Shown here: piece by piece, positions 38,217 through 53,086 of the stretch
How positions within the stretch are numbered: the first letter of the stretch is position 1
How the letters are laid out: each line of letters begins with the position of its first letter
From: Nymphaea colorata
Taxonomy: Eukaryota
Length of the DNA stretch: 64,000 nucleotides
Assembly: GCF_008831285.2 (NCBI RefSeq)
Contig: NC_045138.2
Span: 5,456,001 to 5,520,000, forward strand
Reading direction: 5' to 3'
The notes under the pieces: model-generated
What the model was told of the DNA's origin: nothing
Seen by the model: the letters and a program-made list of their open reading frames with translations, nothing else
Databases searched by the model: none
Translations under genes and position numbers: made by a program

Positions 38217-41200
38217 TTGGATTCCATCAAGCTTGTAGGCAAGGGTTTAGCAGCTCTGCTTGCCCTTTTCTTCATCTGTAAAATTTGGCAAAAGAAGAAA
38301 AAAGAAGCAAGATGCCGACTACCCGGAACCCACCGGTTCATGGCCAATAGTCGGACGCCTCGGCCTGCTGACCGGAACCACACTTCTCTATAGAACTCTT
38401 GCTGCTCTTTCAGAAAAGCACGGGCCTCTCTTCAGTCTCCAACTGGGACAGAGGTGTGTCATTGTGGTGGGCAGCATGGCCCTTGCCAAGGAGTGTGCTT
38501 CACTGTCAATGACCGAGCCTTCGCCGGTCGGCCGCCGCTAGAAGGTTGGAAACGCCTTGGCTATAATCGTGCCATGTTCGCATTCAGCCCATATGGACCT
38601 TACTTTCGTGAACTCCGCAAGATCGTCGCCATCAAGCTGCTGTCAAGCCAGCAACTCGAGCTGCTCAAGCACATCCGGGTCGACGAGGTGGGCTCCTTTG
38701 TGCGGCGCCTGTACGGCAGTTGCAGCAACCATGAGCTGGTCGTGATGAAGCAGCATTAGAACTGCTTGGCCTTGAACATCGTCCTCAGGATGGTCGCCAG
38801 AAAACGGTACGATTTAGACCGTGGAGGAAAAGAGTTTAGTGAAGCTTTGGAGGAGTTTGTCAATCTACTTGGTACCTTCACCGTCTCTGATGCGATCCCA
38901 TTGCTGGGGTGGCTAGATGTGGGTGGTCACCTTAAGGCCATGATGCGATCCCATTGCTGGGGTGGCTAGATGTGGGTGGTCACCTTAAGGCCATGAAGAG
39001 GGTTCACCTGAAGATGGATGAGGTTGCCTAAGCCTGCAGAGCACCGCCGGAAGGAGTCCAGGAGTCCAGTAGCACCGGCGAGAAGAGAGACTTGATTGAC
39101 GTGCTCATTAAAGAATTAGAAGACGGCCACTTGTCGGAAAGTCATCAAACTGACGCCATAATTAAAGCCACGGCTATGGTACGTTTACACCTCTCCCTCT
39201 TTTCCTCCTGTTTGCTCTTAAGTACAGAAACCACTAAAATCGCTAATCTATTGTCAACCGGCATTTGTAGAGAATTTCCTAACATCAAACTTGAGAGACG
39301 TTGGCAGTAAAAAAATAAATAAATAAATAACATACTTATCGGGTGTTTGACAGTTTGGACTTCAGATTCTTAGGACTTGAAAACCGTGGTTTAAGATCCG
39401 ATTTTTCCCTTTCAATTTATAACTTTCAACATTTTCTTGTCATTTATGCTTGTGTCATCACTTGCCAACTAATTAACCAGATTTCTTTCCATCTAGCTAT
39501 CATCATCCTTACCAAGTTTGATATTTTTTTGATTTTGTAACTTGTTTCTAGAAAATTTTCTGAGACATACTTTAAAAAATTAAAAGAAAAAGACACCTAA
39601 CATTAAGTTTCATATTGTTAAAAATACCCTTAGGTTTTGCATTGCTAATAAAAAACTATTTTTTTTTCAAAAAGGACACAATGTTTGTAAGTTGTTTTGT
39701 TAATTTGTCTTAGTTTTTTTTACTACTTCAATAACATTAATGCATGATTGGTTATATCTAAATGACTTTGTTTTTTATATATACTTAAAATAATTATGAG
39801 ATTTTTTTGGTTAACGTTATAAAGATTTGAAAGGAAATTAAGCTTAAATACAATTAAATTACTGCCAATTAGCACAAAAAGCCGAAACTTTCCTTTCTTT
39901 CCAATGCCTTCAAGGTCCAAGGTTGTTTCCTAGCCTCAGGGGTGGAGCCAAAAGTTTTTTGCTATGGAGCACTGCCAATTGAAAGCCATCTGTGTTAAAA
40001 TAAATAAAAATTTTGTGGCTAGCATAGACCTGCTACCTGTCATAAAGACAGTGAATCTTCAACTTGGTGTCACTTCTCGCCCATAGAAATATCATCTACA
40101 GGAATCAAAATACCAATCAGATTTTCACCAATATGTCAGTCCAACCAGTTACACTTGCCGCAGCTTGAAACCTAGATATAGTTTACTAAATTAACAAATT
40201 GAATTTTTACATATTTAACAAGCACTGAATAATCTTTTGCACCTTTTCTATTATAGCGATTAAAAAAACTTTGGTGTAATTTGTCGATATGAGCATGCTA
40301 GCTGCAGTTTCTATTATTGCCAAATTTTTATCATATTTTAAAAAATTTGTGATATTCTTTCACGTCTTTCTTCCATCTCCATGTTAATCTTTTAAGTAAA
40401 CAACTTGAGGAGTTTACAAACCGACCAACTTTTTTGAACCTCATCAACATATCAAGTTTGGGTTGGACCCAAGCGTCCCCGAGTATAACTTCAAGGATCC
40501 GTTCTAGCCGTGTCAGGAATCACACTTAGACATGGATTTTCATTTTCTTTTGAAACCAAAACCGATCGAATTAACCTTTGGTCCACTACCTTATATGTGG
40601 TCCATAAATAAAGTGAAAAAATATAGGTTGTCTTTATTGCACCATGGATTTGAGATCCTTTGTGATCTTATATCCCTAGGATTCTAAATTCATGATTGTT
40701 AACATGTAGTATGAATTAAATTTATGCTATTGAAATCCCAAAACACACCTTTTTATGCAGCCTCAAAACTTAGATCAGATGCTATCAAAAGACAACCATA
40801 GACGTTTGGTTCTCTCTAATTTTAAATTTTCAACATTTGAGATCGATGGATCCTCATGATTTGAGACCTATGAATTTAATATCAGACCCTCTTTCAATTT
40901 TAAGTGAGGTATGTTCTTGTATTTTATATTTAAGGGGCGTTTCATATATGTGAAAGTCCACATACTTTAGGTCACACCCCTCTGAGACATGGTTTTGGAT
41001 ATAAACTAAGGATCTCAATTCTTCTTTTTCACATAATGGAAAAATCTAGTGTTTGTTGGTCTTATATAAAAGGGACATTAGATCAGCCCAGGATCTGGGA
41101 TCTCATGTTACCAAACACACATTTAGTTCAAATGGTTTCACTTAATGTTCTTTGGTCTAGATATATTTAAATAATTCTTTCGATAAAAAATAAAAGAAAT

Positions 41201-41960
41201 GGCCCTGTACCAACTCTTTACTGATGTTTGCTTTTGACACCTTCAATTTTCTAGCGTCAGTAAAGGGAACAGATCAACTTACCACCAATCTCCAGATCTA
41301 CTTACCACCAATCTCCATTGTCCTGAATTATTCCAGGTTTTGGTAGTCGCTGGGACAGAGGCCACAGCAATCACACTTGAGTGGGCTCTCTCTCTCTTGC
41401 TAAACAACCCACATATCTTAAAGAAAGCCCAAGATGAGTTGGACTACCATGTGGGCAAAGACCGACAAGTGGACGAATCAGACATCAACAACTTGCCTTA
41501 CTTGCAGGCCATAGTCAAAGAGTCAATGCGCCTATACCCAGCGACACCACTTTTGCTTCCACATGAGTCAATGGAACCCATTCAACTTGGTGGGTTCGAT
41601 GTGCCGGTTGGCTCAACACTGTTTGTTAACGCGTGGAAGATTCATCGTGACCCGACATTGTGGACGGACCCAGAAGAGTTCAAGCCAGAAAGGTTCTTGA
41701 GCAGCAGCAATGAGATGACCAGCTTTGGTGGTCAGGACTTTGCGTTCTTGCCATTTGGGTCGGGAAGGAGGTTCTGTGTTGGATGGCGGATGGCCATGCA
41801 AGTTCTTCACTTAACTTTGGCACGCTTGTTGCAGGGCTTTGAATGGTTTACGCCTATGGATGAGCCAGTTGACATGACCGAGGGACATGGCCTAGCCCTG
41901 CCCAAAGCAACTCCACTTAGAGTCCTTTTGAGGCCACGTCTTCCTCCCCACCTTTCTTAG
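38217..41960 (+). pseudogene. CYP82: CYP82-family P450 copy 2 (exon 1 disrupted, exon 2 intact)
   Basis: The start codon is ATG>TTG at 38217. Exon 1 (ends 39178) has frameshifts, a TAG at 38757 and a 53-bp tandem duplication at 38888/38941. Exon 2 (41337-41960) is fully open with PFGSGRRFCVG. Confidence 0.9.
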
Positions 41961-43971
41961 TGACACTGCTTGGAGTACTTGTTTCTAGGGTGTGCTATAA
42001 TATCATCGATGATATGGAAAATTCATAATTCCATTTTGTAAACAATTTTGTCGAGTGCAATTCGAACGAAGAATGAGGTGATAAGAAATTAGAATATTAA
42101 ATAAAAAGAAAGTTGTGGATGTTGCATGTTAATTACTTCATGTTGGTGCAACGGCAAGGCAGGGGCTGGTAGGCAGCCAGTTTCCTCAATAATGTAATAG
42201 CGATTTAAAGGGAGCTTAAAAATGAACAAAAGAAGTACCATCCAGATCTATCCAAACATTTAGTTTGGGTTTGATTAATGCAAATTTGAGATCCATGGTT
42301 TTAAAATCTGAACCCCCCCCCTAAAATCCACGTTTGGGTAGATGCTAAAATCTATAGTATACAAGTATAGAATTCAGCTATCATAGATTTGAGATTCTCA
42401 TGTATTTGAGATCCGTGAGGAATCTTTTGTCCTTCTCAAGCAGTTTGGACTTTTCACTCTCCAAAGAAAGAAGATATAACCTTTCGCCATTTGAGTTGAA
42501 TCCATTTGTCAATTGTTGGTACCGTGAGGTCCATTTGGCATTAGAAACAAGTTGTTATTGTTCCATAAATTTGAACAAGAAATTGGGAAAAGTTCAAAAA
42601 ACAGTCTGTCATTATATTTCATAAGTCTACCCCAACTTTTGAGTAGATTCAGGAAAATAATAACTTGTTCCTTTTGTCAAACAAGCATGAGTGTTTCCAA
42701 GTTAGGACAACATTTTGAAACTACCAGTTTTTTCCAAATTAATAAGAATTAGTACATAGAGTCGGCTTGCTAATTTGCAATCAAATAGTAATCTTAAAAG
42801 ACTAACAACAAGCACCTCTTGGCAAGACCCAACATATACCTCACAATATAATCCCTGCAGAGTTCTTTTTTGCTGTCTCCCTTTTGGGGTGGGCTGTCGG
42901 CCAACAAGTGTTTCTGCAAAGTTGGTTATATGCACCACCAAGTTTATGCTCCTTTTTGTGTACTGAGGTGTAAAAATGACTAGTACCCTTATCTATAAAA
43001 AGAAACAATCCTACAAAGATAAAAGATGGAAAGTGGAAGATATAAAGTTCTCAATGTGTTTGTTTTCTTTTTTTTGAAAAAAGCTAAAATGTCCCAATTT
43101 CTTTTTTGGTGCATATTTACTACATGCACTAGGGTGGTCCTCGCAACTGGATCCATCTATTTTTTTTTTGTTGGGTTTCCAATGTGTGCTAAATATATTA
43201 ATGTCTACAAGGCTATTTGGTAATAGTACCAGTTTGTTGTTGGCACATGCATTTAATATTGTCTCAGTATTCCATGAATCTACTGCATACATTCATGGGA
43301 TAACAACGCATTGTTTTTATTGTCAAAAGGCCTCTATATGGTCCAAAGGAATGATGTGGTTCAAACAATTCAATCAGTTTCAAAAATATTATAGTGCAAA
43401 GGACGGAAGAATGCTATTGGTAGTAAAGTCTAAAAAGGAGATCGCCATCATTGTCCTATGGTAATCTCTTGTGGGGTCGCAAGATCTCCAAGGCCAATCA
43501 TCAAACAAACACATTATAATATATTGGGTTACGTAAAATATTGGTATAAACCAAACAAACAGGTCACAGACAAAAACCAAACCCTTTAAATATGATGTTA
43601 AAGTGTTTTGCTGAACTATAACTGCGCCAATATGATCTTAAGGATAGGTTGATGTGGAAATATATATTAAGTTGATCCATTTATAAGTTTTAATAGTGTT
43701 TTTATGACAAAAAATGAATGGCTGTCATAGCATGAGCATTTTGATGATAGGAAAATCAATATTTTTCGTTAAAAACAAGTTTATTCATAGCATATGTTAT
43801 ATCAAAATATCTTTTATAAATATATGAGGATGGTTATATTTTATTTAAAATAACTTTTTAATAAAAAATTAAAAGGTTTGTTTCTTTTTATCGCTGACCT
43901 AAGAATTTTGTGTCATATACATACAAAAGTAGCTACCATGCATCGAGACAGCAAATACCGTCACCACATCT

Positions 43972-46900
43972 ATGGATTCCATCAAGCTCGCAGCAAAGGG
44001 CTTAGCAGCTCTGCTTGCCATTTTCTTCATCTGCAATATTTGGAAAAAGAAGAAAATAGAAGCAAGATGCCGACTACCGGAACCCAGCGGTTCTTGGCCA
44101 AATACTAGGACACCTTTGCCTGCTGACCGGAACCACTAGTACTCTTGCTGCTCTTTCAGAAAAGCACGGGGCCTCTCTTCAGTTTCCAACTGGGACAAAG
44201 GCATGTCATTGTGGTGAGCAGCATGGTCCTTGCCAAGGAGCGCTTCACTGTCAATGACCGAGCCTTCGCCGGTCGGCCGCCGCTAGAAAGGTTGGAAACG
44301 CCTTGCTACGATCGTGCCATGTTCGCATTCAGCCCATATGGACCTTACTTTCGTGAAGTCCGCTAGATCGTCGCCATCGAGCTGCTGTCAAGCCAGCAAC
44401 TCGAGCTGCTCAAGCACATCCGGGTCGACGAGGTGGGCTCCTTTGTCCGGTGCCTGTACGGCAGTTGCAGCAAACATGAGCCGGTCGAGATGAAGCAGCA
44501 TTTGAGCTTCTTGGCTTTGAACATTGTCCTCAGGATGGTCACCGGACAACGGTATGATTTAGATGAAGGAAAAGAGTTTAGTGAAACTCTGGATGAGTTT
44601 GTCAATCTACTTGGTATGTTCACCGTCTCTGATGCGATCCCATTGCTGGGGTGGCTAGATGTGGGTGGTCACCTCAAGGCCATGAAGAGAATTCACCTGA
44701 AGATGGATCAAGTTGCCTCGGCTTGGCTTGCAGAGCACTGCCCGAAGGAGTCCAGTAGCGCTGGCGAGAAGAGAGACTTGATTGACGTGCTCATTAAAGA
44801 ATTAGAAGACGGCCACTTGTCGGAAAATCATCAAACTGACGCCATTATTAAAGCTACCACTATGGTACGTTACCACCTCTCCCTCTTTTCCTCCTGTTTG
44901 TTCTTAAGTACAGAAAGCACTAAAATCGCTCAGCTACTGTCAACCGCCATTTGAAGAGAATTTCCTAACGTCGAACTTCATAGATTTTGACAGTACAAAA
45001 AAATTTATGCATAACATACTTATCGGGCGTTCGACAGTTGGGATTTAGGATTCTTAGGACTTGAAAACCGTGGGTTTAAGATACTTAGTTTGATGAACCA
45101 TGTTTTTATCATGATTCTTTTGTGGCATACCACGTCAAGTTCATATGAGATTTATGGATTTCAGACCTGAAGTAATCAAACTCCCCGTAAGTTTTTCTAA
45201 TCGTTAATTACAAAAAAGTTGGTTCCCGTGTTTATTTCTCTTTAGAATATTTCGGATTCTTCTTACTTACTGATTTTGATGTTTGTTTCTTTTGGTGATT
45301 TAAGTTTTTGTTTTTTATAACTTTCAACATTTTCTTGTCATTTTAAGCTTGTGCCATCACCTTGCCAACTGTTTAACCTGATTTCTTTTCGTCGAGCTAT
45401 CATCATCCATACCAAATTTGATATTTTTATCTTGTAACTTGTTTTTAGAAATTTTTCTAAGACGTACTTAAAAATAATTGAAAGAAAAAGTAATCTAACC
45501 TTTAGTTTCATATTGTTCAAAAAACCCTTAGGTTTTGCACTACTTATAAAAAAGTATTTTTTTTTAAAAAAGGCCACAATAATTGTAAGTTGATTTGTTA
45601 ATTTGTACTAGTTCTTTTTTACTGCTTCAGTAACATTAATGGATGATTAGTTATATCTAAATGACTTTGTTGTCCATATATACTTAAAAGAATTATGAGA
45701 TTTTTTTCTGCTAACGTTATAAAGATTTGGAAGGAAATTAAGCCTAAATACAATTAATTTAGTGCTAATTTGGCATGAAAAACTGAAACTTTCTTCTCTT
45801 CCCCTTGCCTTCAAGGTCGACTTTTTAAGTGCTTTAATAGAGTGTTGACCTAATATATTAAAAATATCTAAACGACTTATATCAAATTTTAGAATTACAG
45901 ATATAACAAGCACTGGATAATCTTTTTCACCTTTTCTATTATATCGATTAAAAAAAAACTTTGGTGTATTTTGTCGATATGAGCAAATTAGGTCAACACT
46001 TTATTATTGCCAAATTTTTAATATATTTTCAAAAATTTGCGATATTCTTTCGTGTCTTTCTTCCATCTCCATGATAATTCTTTTAACAACTTAAGGACTT
46101 CACAAACCAACCAAATTAAGATGAAGTTTGGGTTGGACCCAAGCGTCCCCAAGTTTAACTTTAAGGATCCGTTCTAGCCGTGTCAGATTCACATTTAGAC
46201 ATGGATTTTGATTTTTTTCTTTTGAAACCAGAACCGATCCAATTAACCTTTGATTCACTACCTTATATATGTATATATGCCCATAAAAAAAAGTGCAAAT
46301 ATATAGGTTGTGTTTATTTCACCATGGATTTGATATCACCTAGAACCTCAAATCCATTAATTTAAGATCAGATACTCCTCCTCTCCCCCCTCCCTCCAAA
46401 AAAAAAAAAAAAAAAATCTGATCTTAAATTCAAGGATTTTAACATGTAGTATAAATTTTAAATTCATGCTACTGAGATCCCAAAGTACTCATTTTTATGC
46501 AGCCTCGGATCTTAGATCCGAGGCTATCAAACACAACCATAAGGACGTTTGATTCACTCCGATTTTAAATCCTCAAGATTTGAGATCCATGGATCTTCAT
46601 GATTTGAGACCTATGGATTTAATATGAGACCCCCCACCAATTTTAAATGAGGCATGTTCTTGTATTTTATATTAAGGGGCCTTTGATATCATTGGATCTG
46701 AAATTTGAGGTGATTTTAGATCATTGAGAATCTCCACATACTTTATGTCAGGCATCCCTCCTGTCGGACATCAAATATGGTTTTGGATATAAACTAAGGA
46801 TCTGAATTCTTCTTTTCCACATAATGGAAAAAAAAAAAAACTAGTCTTTGTTGGTCTTACATAAAAGGGACATTAGATCAGCCTAGGATTTGGGATCTCA

Positions 46901-47166
46901 TTCTATCAAACACACGTTTAGTTCAAATGGCTTCACCAAATGTTCTTTGGCCTATATATATTTAAATCATTACTCTGATAACAAATAAAAGAAATGACCC
47001 TCTACCAACTCTTTACTGATGTTTGCTTGTGACAACTTCGATTTTCTAGCGTCAGTAAAGGGAATAGATCTACTTACCACCAATTTACTCCATACTCCAT
47101 TGTCCTGAATTATTCCAGGTTTTGGTAGTAGTCGGGACGGAGGCCACAGCAATCACACTTGAGTGG

Positions 47167-47202
<36 letters not shown>

Positions 47203-47819
47203 AACAACCCACATATCTTAAAGAAAGCCCAAGATGAGTTGGACTGCCAGGTGGGCAAAGACCGACAAGTGGACGAGTCAGACATCAATAACTTGCCTTA
47301 CTTGCAGGCCATAGTCAAAGGGTCAATGTGCCTATACCCAGCGACACCGCTTTTGCTTAATTGCAGGCCATAGTCAAAGAGTCAATGTGCCTATACCCAG
47401 CGACGCCGCTTTTGCTTCCACACGAGTCAATGGAACCTGTTCAACTTGCTGGGTTCGAGGTGCCGGTTGGCTCAACCTTGTTTGTTAACGTGTGGAAGAT
47501 TCATCGTGACCCAACATTCTGGACGGACCCAGAAGAGTTCAAGCCAAAGAGGTTCTTGTGCAGCCGCAATGAGCTGACCAGCTTTGGTGGTCAGGACTTT
47601 GCATTCTTGCCATTTGGGTCGGGAAGGAGGGTTTGCGTCGGCTGGCAGATGGCCATGCAAGTTCTTCACCTAATTTTGGCATGATTGCTGCAGGGGTTTA
47701 AATGGTCTACACCAATGGATGAGCCGGTTGACATGACGGAGGGACATGAACTAGCCCTGCCCAAAGCAACTCCACTTGGAGTCCTTTTGAGGCCCTGTCT
47801 CCCTCCCCACCTCTATTAG
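43972..47819 (+). pseudogene. CYP82: CYP82-family P450 copy 3 (multiple lesions)
   Basis: Exon 1 (43972-44864) has indels and a TAG at 44364. Exon 2 (47119-47819) has a (CT)n expansion, a 59-bp duplication (47302/47361) and several stops (e.g. TGA at 47682). Confidence 0.92.
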
Positions 47820-50187
47820 TGAAACTGCTAAGACTGAGAGTACTTGTTTCTAGTGTGTGCTATAATATTAATGATGATATGACAGATCCATAATTTCATT
47901 TTTGTGAACAAATTTTTCTAGTGCAATTCGAACGAAGAATGAGGTGATGAGAAGTTAGAATGTCAGATACAAAGAAAATTGTGGATGTTGCATGTTAATT
48001 AATTCATGTTGAGGTGTTTGAATAGGTAATAAGTCTCATTCCCAAAGGGTTTGGTGTAACGGCCGGGGCAGGGGCTCGTAAGCGGCCAGTTCCCTCAATT
48101 CTTTTATCATTTTTAAGAATTGAGTAAAATATTCTAAAACATATATACAAAGCTTTTTTGCCAATAATAATTTTGTATGCATAGTTCCTATGGAATGGAC
48201 ATTCCATATCAATATACATAATGTTATTCTGGTAACAAATTACAATGCTATTCATTTACAAAATATTCATTTAGATAACAAAATAAGATAACAATTTCAA
48301 GATAAAATACTAACGTAGTAGTGATTTAAAGGGAGGTTAAAAGTGAACAAAAGAAGTACCGTCTAGTTCTATCCAACCATTTAGGTTGGGTTTGATTAAT
48401 GCAAATTTGAGATCCATGGTTTTAAAATCTGAACCCCGTTCCCTCCCCCACCCCCATCCCCCTTTTCCAAAATACAATTTTAAATCCACATTTTTTACAC
48501 TAAAGTGTGGATCTCAAATACTCGTTGTCCGCAGTTTTATACAACTAGATTTCAGCAATCACAGATTTGAGATTCTCTTGGATTTGAGATCAGTGGGGAA
48601 TCAAACACATCCTTAAGGGTTCTTTTGTCCTTTTGAAGCAGTTTCGACTTTTCACGCCCCAAAGAAGGAAGGTAATAAACCAGTCTACCATGTGAGTTGC
48701 ATATAACCTTTTGAGTTGAATCCATTTGTCAATTGTTGGTACCTTCGGGCCCATTTGTTAATAGAAACAAACATTTATTGTTCCATGAATCTGACCAAGA
48801 AATTGGGAAAAATTTATAAGACAATTGGTTATTATATTTCATAAGTCTACCCCGACTTTTGGGCAGATTCATGAAAGTAACAACGTGTTACTGTTGTCAA
48901 ACAAACGTGAGTGTTTCCAAGTTAAGCCAACTTTTTGAAAGTACCAGTTTTTCCAAAATTAATAAAAAATTACACAGGTAATTAGTACATAGTCAGCTTA
49001 CTAATTTGCAATCAAATGGTAGTTCTTAAAAGACTAACAACAAGCACCTCTTGGCAAGACGGAACATATACCTTTCAATATAACCCCACATAGGTTTTTC
49101 TTGCTCTCTCCCTTTAGAGGCAGACTTCCGGCCAGCAAGTGTTCATGCAAAGCTGGTTATATGCACCAAGGAGAGTTTATGGTTTTTTTTGTGTACTGTG
49201 TAAAAATTACCAGAGTACGCTTATTTATAAAAAGAAACAATCCTACAAAGATAAAAGATGGAAAGTGGAAGATAAAAATTATAAAGTCTTCAATGTGTTT
49301 GTTTTCTTTTTTGAAAATGGCTAAAATGTCTCTGTTTCTTTTTTGGTGCGTATTTATTGCATGCACTAGGGTGGTGCTCACAGTGGATCACCTAGTTCTT
49401 TTGTGGTTGGCTTTCTAATGTGTGCTAAATATTTTAATGTCTACAAAAATTATAGAACATTCATTTAATATTGTCATAGTGTTCCATTAATCTACTCCAT
49501 AGATTCATGGGATCATGACACATTGCTCATATTATCAAATGGTCTCTATGGATTCATGGGATCATGACACATTGCTCATATTATCAAATGGTCTCTATCT
49601 GGTCGAAAGGAATGATGCGGCTGCCATGGATTACGTGGTTCTAACAATTCAATCAGTCTCCAAAATATCATAGTGCAAACGATGGAAGAATGCTATTGAT
49701 AGTAAAGTCTAAGAAGGAGGTCACCATCATTGTCCTATGGTAATCTCTGGTGGGGTCGCCAAGATCTCCAAACCCAATTATCAAACATACCCATTATAAT
49801 ACCCATTATAATATATGGGGTTGTGTATTGACCGAAAATATTGGTATAAACCAAACAAATAGGTCAGGGACAAAACCGAAAACCCTTTAAATATGATATT
49901 TAAAGTGTTTTTTTTTTGAAGTATAGCAGTAGAATATGTTATTAAGGATAGGTTGATATGAAATATATATTCAGTTGATCCATTTCTAGGATTTAATAGT
50001 GTTTTTATGACAAGAAAATAAATGAATGGCTGTCATAGCATCTACATTTTGATAATAGAAAAAACAACATTTTTTTTGTGTAAAAACAAGTTGATTCAAA
50101 GCACGTGTTATATCAAAATATTTTTTTATAAATATATTAGAATGGTTATATTTTGTTTAAAAATAATTTTTTAAACAAAAAATTAAA

Positions 50188-53086
50188 ATGGATTCCATCA
50201 AGCTGGTAACAGAGGGTTTAGCAGCTCTGCTCGCTCTTTTCTTCATCTAGAAGAAAAGAAAAGCAAGAGGCCGACTACTGGAACCGGACGGTTGTTGGCC
50301 AATAGTCGGACACCTCGGTCTGCTGACCAGAACCACACCTCTCCATAGAACTCTTGCTGCTCTTTCAGAGAAGCACGGGCCTCTCTTCAGTCCCCAACTG
50401 GGACAAAGGCGTGCCATTGTGGTGAGCAGCACGGACCTGGCCAAGGAGTGCTTCACTGTCAATGACCGAGCCTTCGCCGGTCGGCCACAGCTAGAAGGTT
50501 GGAAACGCCTTGGCTATGATCGTGCCACTTTCGCATTCATCTCATACGGACCTCACTTTCGTGAACTCCGCAAGATCGTCGCCACCGACCTGCTGTCAAG
50601 CCAGCAACTCGAGCTGGTCAAACACATCCGGGTCGATGAAGTAGGCTCCTTGGTGCGGCGTCTGTATGGCAGTTGCAGCAACCATGATCCGGTTGAGATG
50701 AACCAGCATTTGAGCTGCTTGGCCATGAACATCGTCCTCAGGATGGTCGCCAGAAAACAGTACTTTGATTTAGACGGTGAAGGAAAAGAGTTTAGAGAAG
50801 CTCTGGCTGAGTTTAACAATCTAGTTGGTACGTTCACCGTCTCTGACGCAATCCCGTGGCTGGGGTGGCTAGATGTGGGTGGCCACCTGCAGGCCATGAA
50901 GAGGGTTCACCTGAAGATAGATGGAGTTGCCTCGGCTTGGCTTGCAGAGCACCGCCAGAAGGAGTCCAGTAGCGCCGGCGAGGAGAGAGACTTGATTGAC
51001 GTGCTCATTAAAGAATTAGAAGATGGCCACTTGTCCGAAAATCATCAAACTGATGCCATAATTAAGGCCACCGCTACGGTACGTTACCACCTCTCTCTCT
51101 TTTCCTCTTTTTTTTTTTTTTAAGTACAGAAAGCACTAAAATCGCTAAGCTATTGTGAACCGCCATTGAAGAGAAGTTCCAAAGGTCAAACTTGGGAGAT
51201 TTTGACAATAAAAAAAATATATGCATAACATACTTACCGGGCGTTTGACAGATTGCATCTAAGACTCATAGGACTTGAAAACCGTGGTTCTAGATCCGAC
51301 TTTTCCCTTTCAATCTTAATTCTAACCTTTAGTGTTTCAACAGAGAGAAGTAAAATAAGAATGTTAAGTATGAATCCTAGGTCTCATGATTCTTTTGTCA
51401 TATCAACAAAAGCAAAACACGTCAGATTCACGTGAGATTTATGAATTTTCAGATCTGAAGTAATAAACTCCCCCTTAAGTTTAATTTTCTAATGGTTAAT
51501 TACCAAAAAAGATGGGTCGCCGTGCTTTTTTCTCTTCTAAATATTTCAGATTCTTCTTACTAACAGGTTTTGATGTTTGTTTCTTTTGGTGATTTAGTTT
51601 AAATCTTTTTTTATAACTTTAAGCATTTCTTGCCAAATTAAGCTGATTAAGTGAACGTGTTAGCACCCTATTTAAACTGATAAGATTTTGGGTCCTTCTC
51701 ATCACCTAATTTCTGTTTGCATAACGGGAATCTAGAAAACTAAGAGAAATGAGAGTATCATATATACGCAGTATATTAATACTAGAAGAGTTTTTAGGTT
51801 GTGCTTGATTCCACATGGATCTTAGATCCAAGGAATCATAAATCCATGATAGATAAAATCCACATTTCAATCAAATTGTGAACTTCCCATGATCAATAAA
51901 ATCATGGCCCCTGATTTTAAATCTTCAAGATTGGAGAGCCATAGATTTAAGACGAGACCCTCCCCACAATCTTAAATCAGGCATGTTCTTGTAGTTTATA
52001 TTCGAGGGGTGTTTGATTGCCTCAGATTTGAAAATCAAGGTAATTTGGGATCATTGAGAATCTCAAATCCACATGCTTTAGGTCAGATCCGACACCAATT
52101 GTAAGGTTTTATCTATAAACTAAGGATCTCAGTTCTTCTTTTTCACATAATGGCAAAATCTAGTGTTTGTTTATGTTGTAGTTCTACATAAAAGGGATAT
52201 TAGATCAGCCTTGATCTGGGATCTCACGCTACCAGCCTCACATTTAGTAGTTTCCGTAAGGTTCAAATGGCTTTTCATTGAATGTTCTTTGCTCTATATA
52301 TATTTAAATAATTCCTCTGATAACAAATAAAAGAAATTGCCCCATACCTACTTTTTATTCATGTTTGCTTGTGACACTTTCAATTCTCTAGCATCAGTAA
52401 AGGGCATAGATCTATTTACCACCAATCTCCATTGTCTTGAATTATTCCAGGTTTTGGTAGTAGCGGGGACCGAGACCACAGCAGTCACACTTGAGTGGGC
52501 TCTCTCTCTCTTGCTAAATAACCCACATCTCCTAAAGAAAGCCCATGATGAGTTAGACTGCCACATCGGCAAAGAGCGACAAGTGGATGAAACAGATGTC
52601 AACAACTTGCCTTATTTGCAAGCCATAGTCAAAGAGTCAATGCGCCTATATCCAATGGGACCGCTTTTGGTCCCACATGAGTCAATGGAATCCATTCAAC
52701 TTGGTGGGTTCGAGTTGCCGGTTGGCTCAACTCTGTTTGTTAATGTGTGGAAGATTCATCACGATCCGACATTGTGGATGGACCCAGAAGAATTCAAGCC
52801 AGAGAGGTTCTTGAGCAGCTGCAATGAGATGACCAGCTTTGGTGGTCAGGACTTTGCGTTCTTGCCATTTGGATCGGGAAGGAGGATCTGCGTCCACTGG
52901 CAGATGGCCATGCAAGTTCTTCACCTAACTGTGGCGCGCTTGCTGCAGAGCTTTGAATGGTCTACACCCATGAATGAGCCGGTTGACATGACCGAGGGAC
53001 ATGGCCTAGCCCTGCCCAAAGCAACTCCGCTTAGTGCTTTTGAGGCCCCGTCTCCCTCCCCACCTCTATTAGTTACTTGTTTTTAG
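50188..53086 (+). pseudogene. CYP82: CYP82-family P450 copy 4 (early stop, altered heme motif, 3' frameshift)
   Basis: Exon 1 (50188-51078) has an in-frame TAG at 50248 (codon 21). Exon 2 starts at 52451 with AGTETT and PFGSGRRICVH (conserved Gly replaced) and has a frameshift near 53031. About 100 bp of proximal promoter is deleted relative to copy 3. Confidence 0.88.
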
